In this document: positions 20,500-30,894 of the stretch, piece after piece
How the letters are laid out: each line of letters begins with the position of its first letter
How positions within the stretch are numbered: the stretch's first letter is position 1
From: an uncultured bacterium
GTDB lineage: Bacteria; JAGOEH01
Assembly: GCA_964632485.1 (NCBI GenBank)
Contig: CAZWDO010000002.1
Location: forward strand, 248,001 to 312,000
Length of the DNA stretch: 64,000 nt
Direction of reading: 5' to 3'
Position numbers and translations under genes: made by a program
Notes under the pieces: model-generated
Seen by the model: only the letters and a program-made list of their open reading frames with translations
Told to the model about the DNA's origin: nothing
Databases searched by the model: none

Positions 20500-21087
20500 A
20501 TGCGTTGCTGTGAATATAAACGAAAAACGGCCGAAACAGAAATCCGGGTCGAACTTAATCTTGATGGAGGGGGATTTTATGAAATCGATACCGGGATCGG
20601 TTTTTTCGATCACATGATGCAGACTTTTACCCGCCACGGTCTCTTTGATCTTAATTTGTTCACGATCGGAGATTTGCATGTGGATCAGCATCATACGGTA
20701 GAAGATATCGGTTTGGCGCTGGGAGAAGCTTTTCGTCAGGCGCTGGGGGAAAAACGGGGAATCAATCGCTGCGGATCGTGCGCATTCCCGATGGACGAGA
20801 CCCTGGCCATGGTGGCGCTCGATCTCTCCGGCCGCCCCTATCTTGTATTAAATGCTCCCTTAAAACATTCTCAAATCGGCGATTTTGAAACCGGTCTGGT
20901 CCACGATTTTTTTCAGGGATTTGTGACTACTCTGGGCGCAACCCTTCATATTCAGGTTCCGTACGGGCGTTCCGAACACCACCAGGTGGAAGCCATATTC
21001 AAGGCTGTGGCGCGCGCGCTTAAATCCGCCTGCGAAATTGATTCGCGCGTGGGTGATCGGGTTCCTTCCACCAAGGAGGTTCTGTGA
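20500..21087 (+). CDS. hisB: Imidazoleglycerol-phosphate dehydratase
   Basis: TGIGFFDHM, HHTVED, PMDETL, HHQVEAIFK, VPSTK. Confidence 0.95.
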   Translation: MRCCEYKRKTAETEIRVELNLDGGGFYEIDTGIGFFDHMMQTFTRHGLFDLNLFTIGDLHVDQHHTVEDIGLALGEAFRQALGEKRGINRCGSCAFPMDETLAMVALDLSGRPYLVLNAPLKHSQIGDFETGLVHDFFQGFVTTLGATLHIQVPYGRSEHHQVEAIFKAVARALKSACEIDSRVGDRVPSTKEVL

Positions 21088-21683
21088 TCGGCGTTATCGA
21101 TTATGGAGCAGGCAATCTGCATTCAGTCAGTAATGCCCTGACACATCTCGACCTGTCCCATCGATTGATCCGTCATGAGCAGGACTTGGACGATATCACG
21201 GCGATTATCCTCCCCGGAGTCGGCCACTTTGGCTCTGCTATGCAATCCCTGCAAAAAAGCGGTTTAGTCCCGTTTTTACGTCAATGGCTGGCGGCTGATC
21301 GCCCCTTTCTTGGAATATGCCTGGGATTGCAATTGCTGTTCGATTCCAGCGAAGAAGCGCCTGAACAACCCGGGTTAGGCATCATCCCCGGGACGGTGCG
21401 GCGGTTTCGAGCCTTTAAAATCCCTCAAATCGGCTGGAATCAAGTCCGACAAATCAAAACCGGCCCTCTTTTTCAGAATTGTAAAGACGAATCTTTTTTT
21501 TATTTTATTCATGGCTATTATGTTGAACCCCGCGATACAAAGTGGACAGCCGGTACTACCGATTACAGTCTGGAGTATGTATCGGCCGTTGAAAACGGAC
21601 GGATCGCTGCGGTTCAGTTTCATCCGGAAAAAAGTGGCGCCGTTGGTTTCGGGTTGATGAGATCTTCGGGCGCCTCATGTTAG
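21084..21683 (+). CDS. hisH: Imidazole glycerol phosphate synthase glutaminase subunit
   Basis: DYGAGN, LPGVG, GICLGLQ, QFHPEKS. Confidence 0.94.
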   Translation: MIGVIDYGAGNLHSVSNALTHLDLSHRLIRHEQDLDDITAIILPGVGHFGSAMQSLQKSGLVPFLRQWLAADRPFLGICLGLQLLFDSSEEAPEQPGLGIIPGTVRRFRAFKIPQIGWNQVRQIKTGPLFQNCKDESFFYFIHGYYVEPRDTKWTAGTTDYSLEYVSAVENGRIAAVQFHPEKSGAVGFGLMRSSGASC

Positions 21684-22225
21684 CCGTACGGATCATCCCC
21701 TGTTTGGACGTTGATGACGGGCGCGTTGTTAAAGGCGTTAAATTCAAAGAAATCCGCGATGCAGGGGATCCGGTCGCGTTAGCCCGTGAATACAACGCTC
21801 AGGGCGCTGATGAACTTGTTTTTCTGGATATCGGGGCTTCCTATAAAAGCCGCGAGACCCTGATTGAAGTGGTTGAAGCGGTTTCCCGCCAGGTTTTTAT
21901 CCCATTGTCGGTTGGCGGCGGTATCCGTTCTGTAGAGGATATGCGGCTGTGTCTGACTCATGGCGCTGATAAGGTCGCGAATTCGATTGATATGGACGGC
22001 ACGAAACGCGGCTATGAGCTGGAATTAACCCGCCGGGTGGCCGAAGCGGTCCATATCCCGGTTATTGCTTCCGGTGGAGCCGGTACGATGGATCAGATCG
22101 CCGATGCGTTTGTCGAGGGCCGAGCCGATGCCGCTCTGCTGGCATCTCTTCTGCATTTCGGCGAATGCACTATTCAGCAAATAAAAGACCACTTGAAAAA
22201 TAAAGGAGTCGTGATCCGATGGTAA
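21677..22225 (+). CDS. hisF: IGP synthase cyclase subunit with an in-frame internal deletion (possible pseudogene or misassembly)
   Basis: [27 protein letters not shown] joined directly to [15 protein letters not shown]. 182 aa versus about 250 typical. Confidence 0.85.
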   Translation: MLAVRIIPCLDVDDGRVVKGVKFKEIRDAGDPVALAREYNAQGADELVFLDIGASYKSRETLIEVVEAVSRQVFIPLSVGGGIRSVEDMRLCLTHGADKVANSIDMDGTKRGYELELTRRVAEAVHIPVIASGGAGTMDQIADAFVEGRADAALLASLLHFGECTIQQIKDHLKNKGVVIRW

Positions 22226-23463
22226 TCGCATCAATCGATCTTATGCAGCAAAAAGCTGTCCAGTTGCGTCAGGGAAAAGATAAAGTGCTGGAACGGGATA
22301 ATCCATTCGAATTGGCCCGGGAATTTGATCGTTACGGTGAAATCGCGGTCATTGATCTCGATGCCGCTCTGCGACAGGGTTCCAACCGCGAACTGATTAC
22401 CCGGTTGCTGCCTTTGGGCTCTTTCCGTGTTGGCGGGGGAATTCGCGCTCCGGAGGATGTGGTTCATTATCTGTCCCACGGCGCAAAAAAAATTATCCTC
22501 GGAAGTTCCGTTTTTACCGATGACCGGATTCAACTCGATTTCCTCGAATCCATATTAAAAGTTGCTAAACGTGAAGAATTAATCGTGGCTATCGATGCCT
22601 GGGGCGATGAAATTGTAACCCAGGGCTGGAAACATCATACAGGTTTGAATCTTTTCGAAACCGCCAGAGTTCTCTCACCCTATGTGGGTGAATTCCTCTT
22701 TACCTGCGTCGAACAGGAAGGTACCATGCAAGGGATTCCGCTAGATCGGGTGAAACAACTCCGGGAAGTGGTTCCGAACCTGATCACCGCTGCCGGCGGA
22801 GTCCATACGCTGGCAGAGATCGAACAACTGGCGCTGATCGGCTGTGATGTACAACTGGGTATGGCGCTCTATACTGGCGCCATTCGTTTGAGCGAGGCCT
22901 TTATAGCCGGTTTGGACTGGTCCCGGGAATTAATTCCCACCGTAACCCAGGATGAAAGCGGACGCATATTGACGTTAGCTTATTCCAATTGCGATTCACT
23001 TCGCAATATGCTGGAAAGCGGCCAGGTATGGTTTTATTCGCGCAGCCGTCAAAAACTATGGCAAAAAGGGGAAAGTTCGGGCCATACCCAGAATGTTGTC
23101 CGATTGCGCGCCGATTGCGATCGCGATACGTTGCTTGTGACGGTTAAACCCCATGGACCGGCATGCCATACCAACCAGTATTCCTGTTTTGATTATCCAA
23201 CTCTTTCTTGGAAAGACCTTTATGAAGTAATTCTGAATCGTATCCAAAACGCCCAACCCGGCTCTTATACCGCTCGGTTAAACGATACTCTTTTACGGGA
23301 AAAAATTATGGAAGAAGCGGATGAGCTGTGTGAGGCTAAAAATCATGACGAGATTGTTTGGGAAAGCGCTGATCTGCTCTATTTTGTGACTGTATTGATG
23401 GCGCGTTCCGGAGTCTCAATTGATGAGATTTGGCATGAATTGGCCCGTAGGAGACGGAAATGA
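22219..23463 (+). CDS. hisIE: HisA-like isomerase fused to HisI (PR-AMP cyclohydrolase) and HisE (PR-ATP diphosphatase)
   Basis: N-terminal SIDL..VIDLD..VGGGIR barrel; [15 protein letters not shown] and DCDRD..ACHT (HisI); SYTA..KIMEE..ESADLLY (HisE). Confidence 0.88.
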   Translation: MVIASIDLMQQKAVQLRQGKDKVLERDNPFELAREFDRYGEIAVIDLDAALRQGSNRELITRLLPLGSFRVGGGIRAPEDVVHYLSHGAKKIILGSSVFTDDRIQLDFLESILKVAKREELIVAIDAWGDEIVTQGWKHHTGLNLFETARVLSPYVGEFLFTCVEQEGTMQGIPLDRVKQLREVVPNLITAAGGVHTLAEIEQLALIGCDVQLGMALYTGAIRLSEAFIAGLDWSRELIPTVTQDESGRILTLAYSNCDSLRNMLESGQVWFYSRSRQKLWQKGESSGHTQNVVRLRADCDRDTLLVTVKPHGPACHTNQYSCFDYPTLSWKDLYEVILNRIQNAQPGSYTARLNDTLLREKIMEEADELCEAKNHDEIVWESADLLYFVTVLMARSGVSIDEIWHELARRRRK

Positions 23464-24725
23464 GAATTGTAAAAAGTTGTGATTTGCCTTGCCAATTCTG
23501 GTCTTCCGGCCGCCCCGGGGTTTCAGTGGATGTAGATCCCCTGATCGAACAGGTAAGGCAGGGTGGCGATCAGGCTGTTCGTGAAATGACCCTGCGTTTT
23601 GATGGCGTGAATTTAGCGGAATTTCGTGTGAGCGATGATTTATTGGAACGAAGTATCACCAACGTCGGATGCCGGGTGCTGGAGAGCATTGATATAGCGG
23701 CGGATAATATCCGTCGGTTCGCTGAAAAACAGTTTGAATGTTTTCAAAGTTTTGAGTGGGAATCGCAGCAAGGTGTTTGGTTGGGGCAACGGGTGATACC
23801 TTTGGACAGCGCGGGGATTTACGTTCCGGGCGGTAGATTTCCACTGATTTCGTCGGTGTTGATGGGAGTGATTCCCGCCCAGGTCGCGGGTGTGGCGAGA
23901 GTGGTCGTCTGTTCGCCGCCGACCTTTAACGGCGCGATCCATCCGGCCATTTTAGCGGCCGCTTATCGATTGGGGGCGCGTGAGGTCTATGCCGTGGGCG
24001 GCGTTCAGGCCATTGCCGCTTTAGCCTATGGCACCGAATCGATTCCTTCGGTAGCGAAAATTGTCGGTCCCGGCAACCGGTATGTTGCCGCGGCGAAAAA
24101 ACGGGTGTATGGCCACGTAGGTATTGATTTTATCGCCGGGCCCAGCGAAGTATTGATAATTTCCGATGGCAAGGGCCGGGCCCAATGGGCGGCCGCCGAT
24201 TTGCTGGCCCAGGCGGAACATGACCCCGATGCCGGCGTTGTGTTGCTCTGTCCTGAATCAGATTTTTTACAACAGGTCGACCAGTCAGTGCAGGAACAAT
24301 TGCAGGGATTGCCTACCGCCGCTGTCGCTACCCAGGCTATTGCTGAAAACGGTTGGCTCGTGCAGGTGGCCGATCTCAATGAAGCCGTGGAGATCGCAAA
24401 TCGTAAAGCCCCGGAACATCTTGAACTGCAAGTTGAAAACCCGGATTTGTGGATCAATCAATTAAACGCTTACGGCTCGCTTTTTATCGGTGAATATGCT
24501 GTTGAAGCGTTGGGGGATTATTCGGCAGGATTGAACCACACGCTACCGACCTCCGCAGCGGCGCGATATACGGGCGGATTGAGCGTGAAAGATTTTATTA
24601 AAATCACAACAACCCTGCGCTGCAATGCGATGGGCGCTTTGTCCCTTGCCCCCGCGGCCCAAGTTCTCGCCCAGGCCGAAGGACTGCATGCCCACGAACG
24701 TTCCGTTGCTATCCGGCGTAACTAA
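23460..24725 (+). CDS. hisD: Histidinol dehydrogenase
   Basis: GIYVPGG, KIVGPGN, IAGPSE, QAEHD, APEHLEL, GDY.AG.NHTLPT. Confidence 0.95.
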   Translation: MRIVKSCDLPCQFWSSGRPGVSVDVDPLIEQVRQGGDQAVREMTLRFDGVNLAEFRVSDDLLERSITNVGCRVLESIDIAADNIRRFAEKQFECFQSFEWESQQGVWLGQRVIPLDSAGIYVPGGRFPLISSVLMGVIPAQVAGVARVVVCSPPTFNGAIHPAILAAAYRLGAREVYAVGGVQAIAALAYGTESIPSVAKIVGPGNRYVAAAKKRVYGHVGIDFIAGPSEVLIISDGKGRAQWAAADLLAQAEHDPDAGVVLLCPESDFLQQVDQSVQEQLQGLPTAAVATQAIAENGWLVQVADLNEAVEIANRKAPEHLELQVENPDLWINQLNAYGSLFIGEYAVEALGDYSAGLNHTLPTSAAARYTGGLSVKDFIKITTTLRCNAMGALSLAPAAQVLAQAEGLHAHERSVAIRRN

Positions 24726-24728
24726 AAT

Positions 24729-25382
24729 TTAAACCGTTTTATCGAGAAAATCATTTAATTCATTAAATAATGTTTTAATATCTTTTGGCAGATTGAAACC
24801 GGTACAGCGTCTCATTTTATCCCCATTTTTAAACGCAGTTAACACAGAATGAATCTCTTCCAGCGGTCTGACTAAATTTTTTTTCAAGTTCCTTTGGAAA
24901 AGCATACCTAATAGAAATATAGCAATTGCCATGAAGACGATACCCCAAGCGCCCGCATTTCCAATTTGCCTGGCCTTCTTATCCGCCACGACCATCGCCT
25001 CTCTGTTGATTTCACCTAAAAATTGAATTGATTCCACCGTTAGTTTTTTTGCTGCAAGTTTGCCTTCAAATGCTTCCGAATAGTTTTGGATTATCGCATT
25101 GAGCGCAATCGGTTCTTTTTTTTCTGTAATATTGTTTTGGGCTTTGCTCATCGCTTTTACAAACGATTCCTTCAAGCGTGTGTTTTCACGTTCCAATGTG
25201 TCAACCATTGCCAACGAAGCGAGCATAGTCTCACATGCATGAAGAGATCGTTCATTCTGTTCAATAATGACTTCAATGGCCGGCGCCATGCGGACGAAAA
25301 CCCATATTGATCCCAGCGCCATTAAAAGATTCAACACTATTAGAATCCATGCTCCCAATCTGACGGACAATGCAATTTTCAT
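24729..25382 (-). CDS. Membrane protein with TM / four-helix extracytoplasmic domain / TM / HAMP-like segment and no output domain
   Basis: Two hydrophobic helices flanking a helical region, then RPLEEI..GD..DIKTL..ELNDFLD and stop. Confidence 0.6.
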   Translation of the reverse strand: MKIALSVRLGAWILIVLNLLMALGSIWVFVRMAPAIEVIIEQNERSLHACETMLASLAMVDTLERENTRLKESFVKAMSKAQNNITEKKEPIALNAIIQNYSEAFEGKLAAKKLTVESIQFLGEINREAMVVADKKARQIGNAGAWGIVFMAIAIFLLGMLFQRNLKKNLVRPLEEIHSVLTAFKNGDKMRRCTGFNLPKDIKTLFNELNDFLDKTV

Positions 25383-26037
25383 TTCCTTTGATTAGCTTGG
25401 AAATTGCGGTTTCGCTCGATACAACGATCAGATTGTCATCCGCCTGTAGCGGATCACCGGGAGTGGGTGGAATAATTTTACCCTGAGTACCCCTCCGAAT
25501 ACCAGCCACCATAACTCCGAAACGTTTGGGTAAAGAAAGATCAATCAGGCATTTCCCAATCATTGAGGGTTGAATACGGATTTCAGTGAGATTAAGGTCC
25601 CATCCCAGTGGCGTATCGACGATAATATCGCGGTAAAACAGACGGTTGGCAAAGCGTTTTCCGAATTCTTCTTCCGGATTGATGATTTGGTGCGCTCCAA
25701 CCAACTGCAAAATTTTTCGATGCAATTTGTTGTTGGCCCTGGATATGACCAGAGGGGTTCCCATTTGTCGGAGTAATGCAGTGCAGATAATGGACGCTTC
25801 TTTGGAATCTTCTCCAATAGCGCATACAACCGAATCTCGTTTCTGAGGTTCAAGTCTTGACAATTCCGCTTCATCGGTAGCATCGATCATTACGGCCTCG
25901 GTTACAAATTCAGCGGCCTCTTCGACCAGATTTTTTTTAATATCAATAGCAAGCACCTCCACGTTTTTTTCAGATAAGGCCCGCGCCAGAGACATTCCAA
26001 AAGACCCCAACCCAATGATCATTATCTGTTTGGACAT
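25273..26037 (-). CDS. ktrA: TrkA/KtrA family potassium uptake regulatory subunit (RCK)
   Basis: IIGLGSFG, DATDE, VVCAIG, GAHQIINPE; TrkA_C domain. The last ~36 aa overlap the downstream gene. Confidence 0.88.
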   Translation of the reverse strand: MSKQIMIIGLGSFGMSLARALSEKNVEVLAIDIKKNLVEEAAEFVTEAVMIDATDEAELSRLEPQKRDSVVCAIGEDSKEASIICTALLRQMGTPLVISRANNKLHRKILQLVGAHQIINPEEEFGKRFANRLFYRDIIVDTPLGWDLNLTEIRIQPSMIGKCLIDLSLPKRFGVMVAGIRRGTQGKIIPPTPGDPLQADDNLIVVSSETAISKLIKGNENCIVRQIGSMDSNSVESFNGAGINMGFRPHGAGH

Positions 26038-26052
26038 ATCATCGATTCCTCT

Positions 26053-28053
26053 CTAAGTTAAAGAAATATTGGCTCGAATATATTGTGAAGACGATATTGT
26101 CTGTTCATGGTTCAACAGCATGAATAATGTCACAGGTCCAATTCGCCCCACAAACATGGCGATTATAATGATTATTTTTCCGATCTCATCAAGAAATGGA
26201 GTTGCTCCGGTTGAAAGACCTACAGTACCCAATGCCGATGTTGCCTCAAAAAATAAGTTGCGCGCGGAAATCTGTTGAGTAATTTCTAACATCAAGACTA
26301 CCAAAAACCAGATGATTATCCCTGAAACAACAATAGTAACCGCCCTGTAAACGGTTGCTGAATGAATATGTCTTTTTCGCGTAATGATTTCATTACGGTT
26401 GGTGATATTGATCCAAAATGTCATCGCTAGTATTCCGATCGTAGTGGTTTTTACTCCGCCGGCAGTGCCTCCCACGCTGCCTCCAATGAACATGAAGAAT
26501 ATCATGATTAGAAATGTAGGATTTGCGACATTTGCGATTTCAACGGAATTAAATCCGGCTGTTCGCAACGTGACTGATTGAAACCATGCATTGTGTAGTT
26601 TATTTCCAAAGGATAAGCCTGCCAGCATTCCATTCCATTCAAAGGCCATTATAAAAATAGTCCCGGCAAAGAGTAATATCACCGTTGTCATCAGCGCAAT
26701 ATGCGCGGAAATGGGTATTTTTTTACCTTTCAACCATTGAGGAACGATTAAACAAGTGGCTGGCGCTAAACCGCCCATTATTATCAGCATGGACACAACA
26801 TGCAGTACGGCCGGATGGGATTGATATGGAATGAGACTATTGCTTTGTAATGCAAATCCTGCGTTGCAAAAGGCGGATATTGCGGTAAAAACTCCACGCC
26901 ATAATGCGTTCAGAAATGGATCCCCTATCAAATAAAATAAAAGAACCAGAAGAAATGTTCCTATTCCTTCAACAATAAACGTAAATTTAAGAATGATTGA
27001 GAGAGAATGAAGCAGGGATTTATGACCGGTATCCGCCATTGATTTAATGATACGTTCATATTTGAGACTGAGACGATGACCCATAGCATGCAACGCAACG
27101 GTTGTGATACTCATGATGCCTAACCCACCGAGTTGAATGAGCACTAAAATCAAAAATTGTCCAAACAGAGTAAAATCCCGGGATGTATCCAAGACAACCA
27201 AGCCGGTAACACATACAGCGCTTACGGAAGTAAATGCAGCATCTATTCCACCAATGCTCCCGGATACGGTAGTTATAGGGAGAACCATTAAAATAGTCCC
27301 GATCACACATAAACCTAAAAAAGTAGTCAGTAATATCTTAGCGGGATGGGCAAAAAAATTTTCCCACGGAAATTCAGTGATGCTTGTTTTGACCTGGGGC
27401 AATAAGAACAAATTTAAAAAAGCGATTATTAAAATAATAGTGGGAATAATACTTATCAAATTGAAAGTAAATGCCAATCCAATCGATACGATTCCCGTAG
27501 TCGGCAGCAAAAGATGAATTCTGGATCGCTTTTCATTCGCCCAATGAACGATGAGTATTTGAGCAATAACCGACGATGCGCTAATGACATAAATTGAGAA
27601 CACTGTTTCCGATATAGGCAATAAACTCCTGATCGCTACACTAAACGGGATTGTCAACGTTCCCCACCATGCACGTTGAAGACATCGTTCAACATGATCT
27701 CTTTTATCCGAAGAACGGGTTTTAATTCGAAAATCAATAAGAGTCAGCGCAATGCTGATTAGTATAACGGATCCGATTAACGCGGCAAACGGATTTGTTA
27801 AAATATAATTAAAAGCCGCGCAATAGCTTGCTCCGGAAGCGATAAAACCGAATATCTTCCCGATTAATGGCCGTCGAAACAGGGTTAGTCCGCAGATAAA
27901 ACAAGTAACAGTTGCAATCGAGGCGGTGATTAATGGCCAAAGAGGAGGGCCAGCGATATCGATTCCAGTCGATGGAAATAGAAGCGGAAGTGGAGAGAAT
28001 GCCATCAAGGCGCCTTCTATTCCAATCCGCATTATGGATGCTCGAGACTTCAT
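26053..28053 (-). CDS. ktrB: TrkH/KtrB family K+ transporter with a long N-terminal membrane extension
   Basis: SAVCVTGL, SAFCNAGF, RTAGF, GGTAGGVK, SALGTVGLS, GRIGP motifs. Confidence 0.88.
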   Translation of the reverse strand: MKSRASIMRIGIEGALMAFSPLPLLFPSTGIDIAGPPLWPLITASIATVTCFICGLTLFRRPLIGKIFGFIASGASYCAAFNYILTNPFAALIGSVILISIALTLIDFRIKTRSSDKRDHVERCLQRAWWGTLTIPFSVAIRSLLPISETVFSIYVISASSVIAQILIVHWANEKRSRIHLLLPTTGIVSIGLAFTFNLISIIPTIILIIAFLNLFLLPQVKTSITEFPWENFFAHPAKILLTTFLGLCVIGTILMVLPITTVSGSIGGIDAAFTSVSAVCVTGLVVLDTSRDFTLFGQFLILVLIQLGGLGIMSITTVALHAMGHRLSLKYERIIKSMADTGHKSLLHSLSIILKFTFIVEGIGTFLLVLLFYLIGDPFLNALWRGVFTAISAFCNAGFALQSNSLIPYQSHPAVLHVVSMLIIMGGLAPATCLIVPQWLKGKKIPISAHIALMTTVILLFAGTIFIMAFEWNGMLAGLSFGNKLHNAWFQSVTLRTAGFNSVEIANVANPTFLIMIFFMFIGGSVGGTAGGVKTTTIGILAMTFWINITNRNEIITRKRHIHSATVYRAVTIVVSGIIIWFLVVLMLEITQQISARNLFFEATSALGTVGLSTGATPFLDEIGKIIIIIAMFVGRIGPVTLFMLLNHEQTISSSQYIRANISLT

Positions 28054-28628
28054 ATACTGGTTATATGGCTTAGGTTAAACTGGTGACAAATTCTGTACTC
28101 CAACATAACACAAAATATACAACAGAATGCGTAACTTGTCAAGTTGAAAAATAGTTTATGGAGGGCAATACCATCGTCAATTATATCATTTATTATGGAT
28201 TCTTACACTATAGACCGGACGCAGGGGTTAAATAAGTCTCCCCGCCAAAAAATTATTTAAAACCTGAATTTATTTCTTGACTTTTCACTCATGTATTAAT
28301 ATTATGATTTATACCTCATAAATATCTATAATAAATTTGCCCATATCCCAATGCCTACCCGCAATGGACTTACCAGGCGCCCTTCTCTTCAATGCCAGCA
28401 TAAAATTCGAAATCGCTTCATTAGTTTCATCAATCCATTCTTCAGTGATTGAGTTTCATAACCATGAAGATAATCATACTTCAATCCAAAACCAAATATT
28501 TTTTATAAATATTTTTGCGGTTATACTTACCAGACAAAACATCAGGCGAGATAAAATACTGAAATAAACTGAAACCATCTTGACTTTTGGATAAAAATCA
28601 TTATATTGATTGGTTGAAAGGAGACACT

Positions 28629-29651
28629 ATGCAGATAGCCAATCCGGTATATGATGTGGTATTCAAATATTTAATGGACGATAACAAAATCGCCAAAATG
28701 ATCATATCCGCCATCATCGGCGAAGAGATTTCCGAACTTGAATTCAAGACGACCGAAAGTTCGCTGGAAATGGAATACAAATCGCTGACCGTGTACCGGC
28801 TGGATTTTTCAGCCAGGATCAGGACCGATACCGGCAGATACAAACAGGTGATCATCGAAATCCAGAAAGCCAAAATGCCCACGGATATTATGCGGTTCCG
28901 CCGGTATCTGGGCGAGCAGTACCGCAGTGAACAAAATGTGTATTACGATCATGGTTCAGACCGACAGAAGAAGAAAGCCCTGCCGATTATCAGCATTTAT
29001 TTTTTAGGGCATAAATTAGAGCATACGGAATCGCCGCTGATCAAGATAGACCGCAAGTATTATGATATGACCACACAGGAAGAGATAATCGGGAAAGAAG
29101 AGTTCATCGAAAGTCTGACGCATAACAGTTTTGTGATCCAGATACCGTACCTGAAAGAGAAGCGGCGGAATGATCTGGAGAAACTGTTGAGCATATTTGA
29201 TCAGACCAACCGGACAGAGGATTACCATATAATGAACATCAAGGAAGAGGATTACCCGCCGAAGTACCGGGCGATCATCCGCAAGCTTCAGCGGGCGGTA
29301 GCGGAGCCGGAGATCCGGAAGGTGATGGATGTGGAAGATGAGATACTGGAAGAACTCCAGTCGCAGGAACGGCTGATCGCATTAAAGGATCAGATCATCG
29401 GGCAAAAGGATCAGGTAATTGAGGAGAAGGACAAAGCGCTGACAGAAAAAGAAAAGGCATTGGAAAAAAAAGATTACGTAATTAAGGAAAAAGAAAAGAC
29501 ATTGGAGGAAACAAAAAGAGTTCTGGAAACCGCCAGTGACGCATTCAGCCAAAAACAAAGCCAATTTGACCAGTTACAGGTCAAGATGATCGAAAATCTC
29601 CGGGCGATGGGTATCTCTAAAGAAGATATCCAAAAAATGCTGAATTCTTAA
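28629..29651 (+). CDS. Rpn-like PD-(D/E)XK nuclease family protein with C-terminal heptad coiled-coil repeats
   Basis: ANPVYDVVFKYLM, RLDFSA, IIEIQKA, RFRRYLG, LPIISIYFLG; AAGGAG RBS; TTGACT-16-TATATT at 28580-28607. Confidence 0.75.
   Translation: MQIANPVYDVVFKYLMDDNKIAKMIISAIIGEEISELEFKTTESSLEMEYKSLTVYRLDFSARIRTDTGRYKQVIIEIQKAKMPTDIMRFRRYLGEQYRSEQNVYYDHGSDRQKKKALPIISIYFLGHKLEHTESPLIKIDRKYYDMTTQEEIIGKEEFIESLTHNSFVIQIPYLKEKRRNDLEKLLSIFDQTNRTEDYHIMNIKEEDYPPKYRAIIRKLQRAVAEPEIRKVMDVEDEILEELQSQERLIALKDQIIGQKDQVIEEKDKALTEKEKALEKKDYVIKEKEKTLEETKRVLETASDAFSQKQSQFDQLQVKMIENLRAMGISKEDIQKMLNS
29385..29531 (+). repeat. Seven degenerate 21-nt (heptad) coding repeats
   Basis: KDQIIGQ/KDQVIEE/KDKALTE/KEKALEK/KDYVIKE/KEKTLEE/TKRVLET. 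Confidence 0.75.
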
Positions 29652-29790
29652 AATTCAATCAGGATGGAAAATATAACGCAGATTAGAATATCCCATCCCT
29701 GCATGAACACAATACGTTAGTCAAGATTATGGTTCAACTTTAACGCTGATATTCAAATAGCCAATAGGGCTTCCATGAGGCCAAAAAATT

Positions 29791-30882
29791 TTATTTTTTC
29801 CTGTTCATCCCAAACGCATGGGCCGCTTTGAGCGCATAAAAAACCATTTCCGCTGTAACAGGGATGGGTTCATTGTGAATTGTCTCGCCTTTCGCGCAGG
29901 CCGATTCCGCCACTTTCATCAGATCGGTGTCTGAAATAGCTGACAGGCCAATATCATCAAGAGTTGTGGGCAGTCCAACCGCTTCACAAAAAGAAAATAC
30001 TTCATTAATCACTTCTATGGGCTTATCCGTGAGGAAAAGCGACGCTAAAGTTCCAATCGCAACTTTTTCTCCATGAAAATAATGATGGGTCTGTTTTAAT
30101 ACGGTCAAACCATTATGAATGGCGTGCGCTGCAGCCAGACCACCACTCTCGAACCCTATACCGCTTAATAGCGTGTTCGCTTCCACAATATGTTCTAATG
30201 CCGGCGTTATAGCATGCGCTTCGCAGGATAGTTTGGCAAGCAGCCCATATTGAATAAGATGTTTATAACAAAGTTCGGCTAAAGCAGTCGCAGTTGATGA
30301 ACCTGTGTCGCCCGCTATATTGCCAGCATATTTTATCTTGCATGATTCAGCCTCGAACCATGTGGCTAAAGCGTCCCCCATTCCAGATATTAAAAATCGA
30401 ACGGGAGCCTGAACGATAATCTTTGTGTCAACTAAAACAATATCTGGATTTTTAGGAAAGAATATGTATTTCTTAAATTCTCCTGTTTGCTGATAGATGA
30501 CTGAAAGAGAGCTACAGGGAGCATCTGTGGAGGCAATCGTTGGCGCAATAGCCACTGGACGTTTTAATCTATTGGCAACGGCTTTTGCCGTGTCTAAGGT
30601 TTTTCCTCCCCCAATTCCCACTATGACGTCAGACTTATCCTTTTCTGCTAAATCTGAGAGTCTGTCAATTTCCTCATCTGAACATTCTCTGTTAAATTTT
30701 TCAGCTTTTAACTGAATAGCTTTTTGAATACTATTTTGAAAAACAGGCAGCGATTTTTCATAAACAAAAGGGGAGCATATAGCAAAACCCTTTTTTCCAA
30801 ATCGGGATAGCTCAGCGCCCAGTCGATGAATAGAATCCGCGCCTTGAATGTATCTTCCTGGAAACAATGTTGTGCTTATCAT
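29791..30882 (-). CDS. gldA: Glycerol dehydrogenase
   Basis: PGRYIQG, GIGGGKTLDTAK, PTIASTDAPCS, GDALATWFEA, AHAIHNGLT, HGEKVA. Confidence 0.93.
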   Translation of the reverse strand: MISTTLFPGRYIQGADSIHRLGAELSRFGKKGFAICSPFVYEKSLPVFQNSIQKAIQLKAEKFNRECSDEEIDRLSDLAEKDKSDVIVGIGGGKTLDTAKAVANRLKRPVAIAPTIASTDAPCSSLSVIYQQTGEFKKYIFFPKNPDIVLVDTKIIVQAPVRFLISGMGDALATWFEAESCKIKYAGNIAGDTGSSTATALAELCYKHLIQYGLLAKLSCEAHAITPALEHIVEANTLLSGIGFESGGLAAAHAIHNGLTVLKQTHHYFHGEKVAIGTLASLFLTDKPIEVINEVFSFCEAVGLPTTLDDIGLSAISDTDLMKVAESACAKGETIHNEPIPVTAEMVFYALKAAHAFGMNRKK

Positions 30883-30894
30883 TTAAATTATCCT

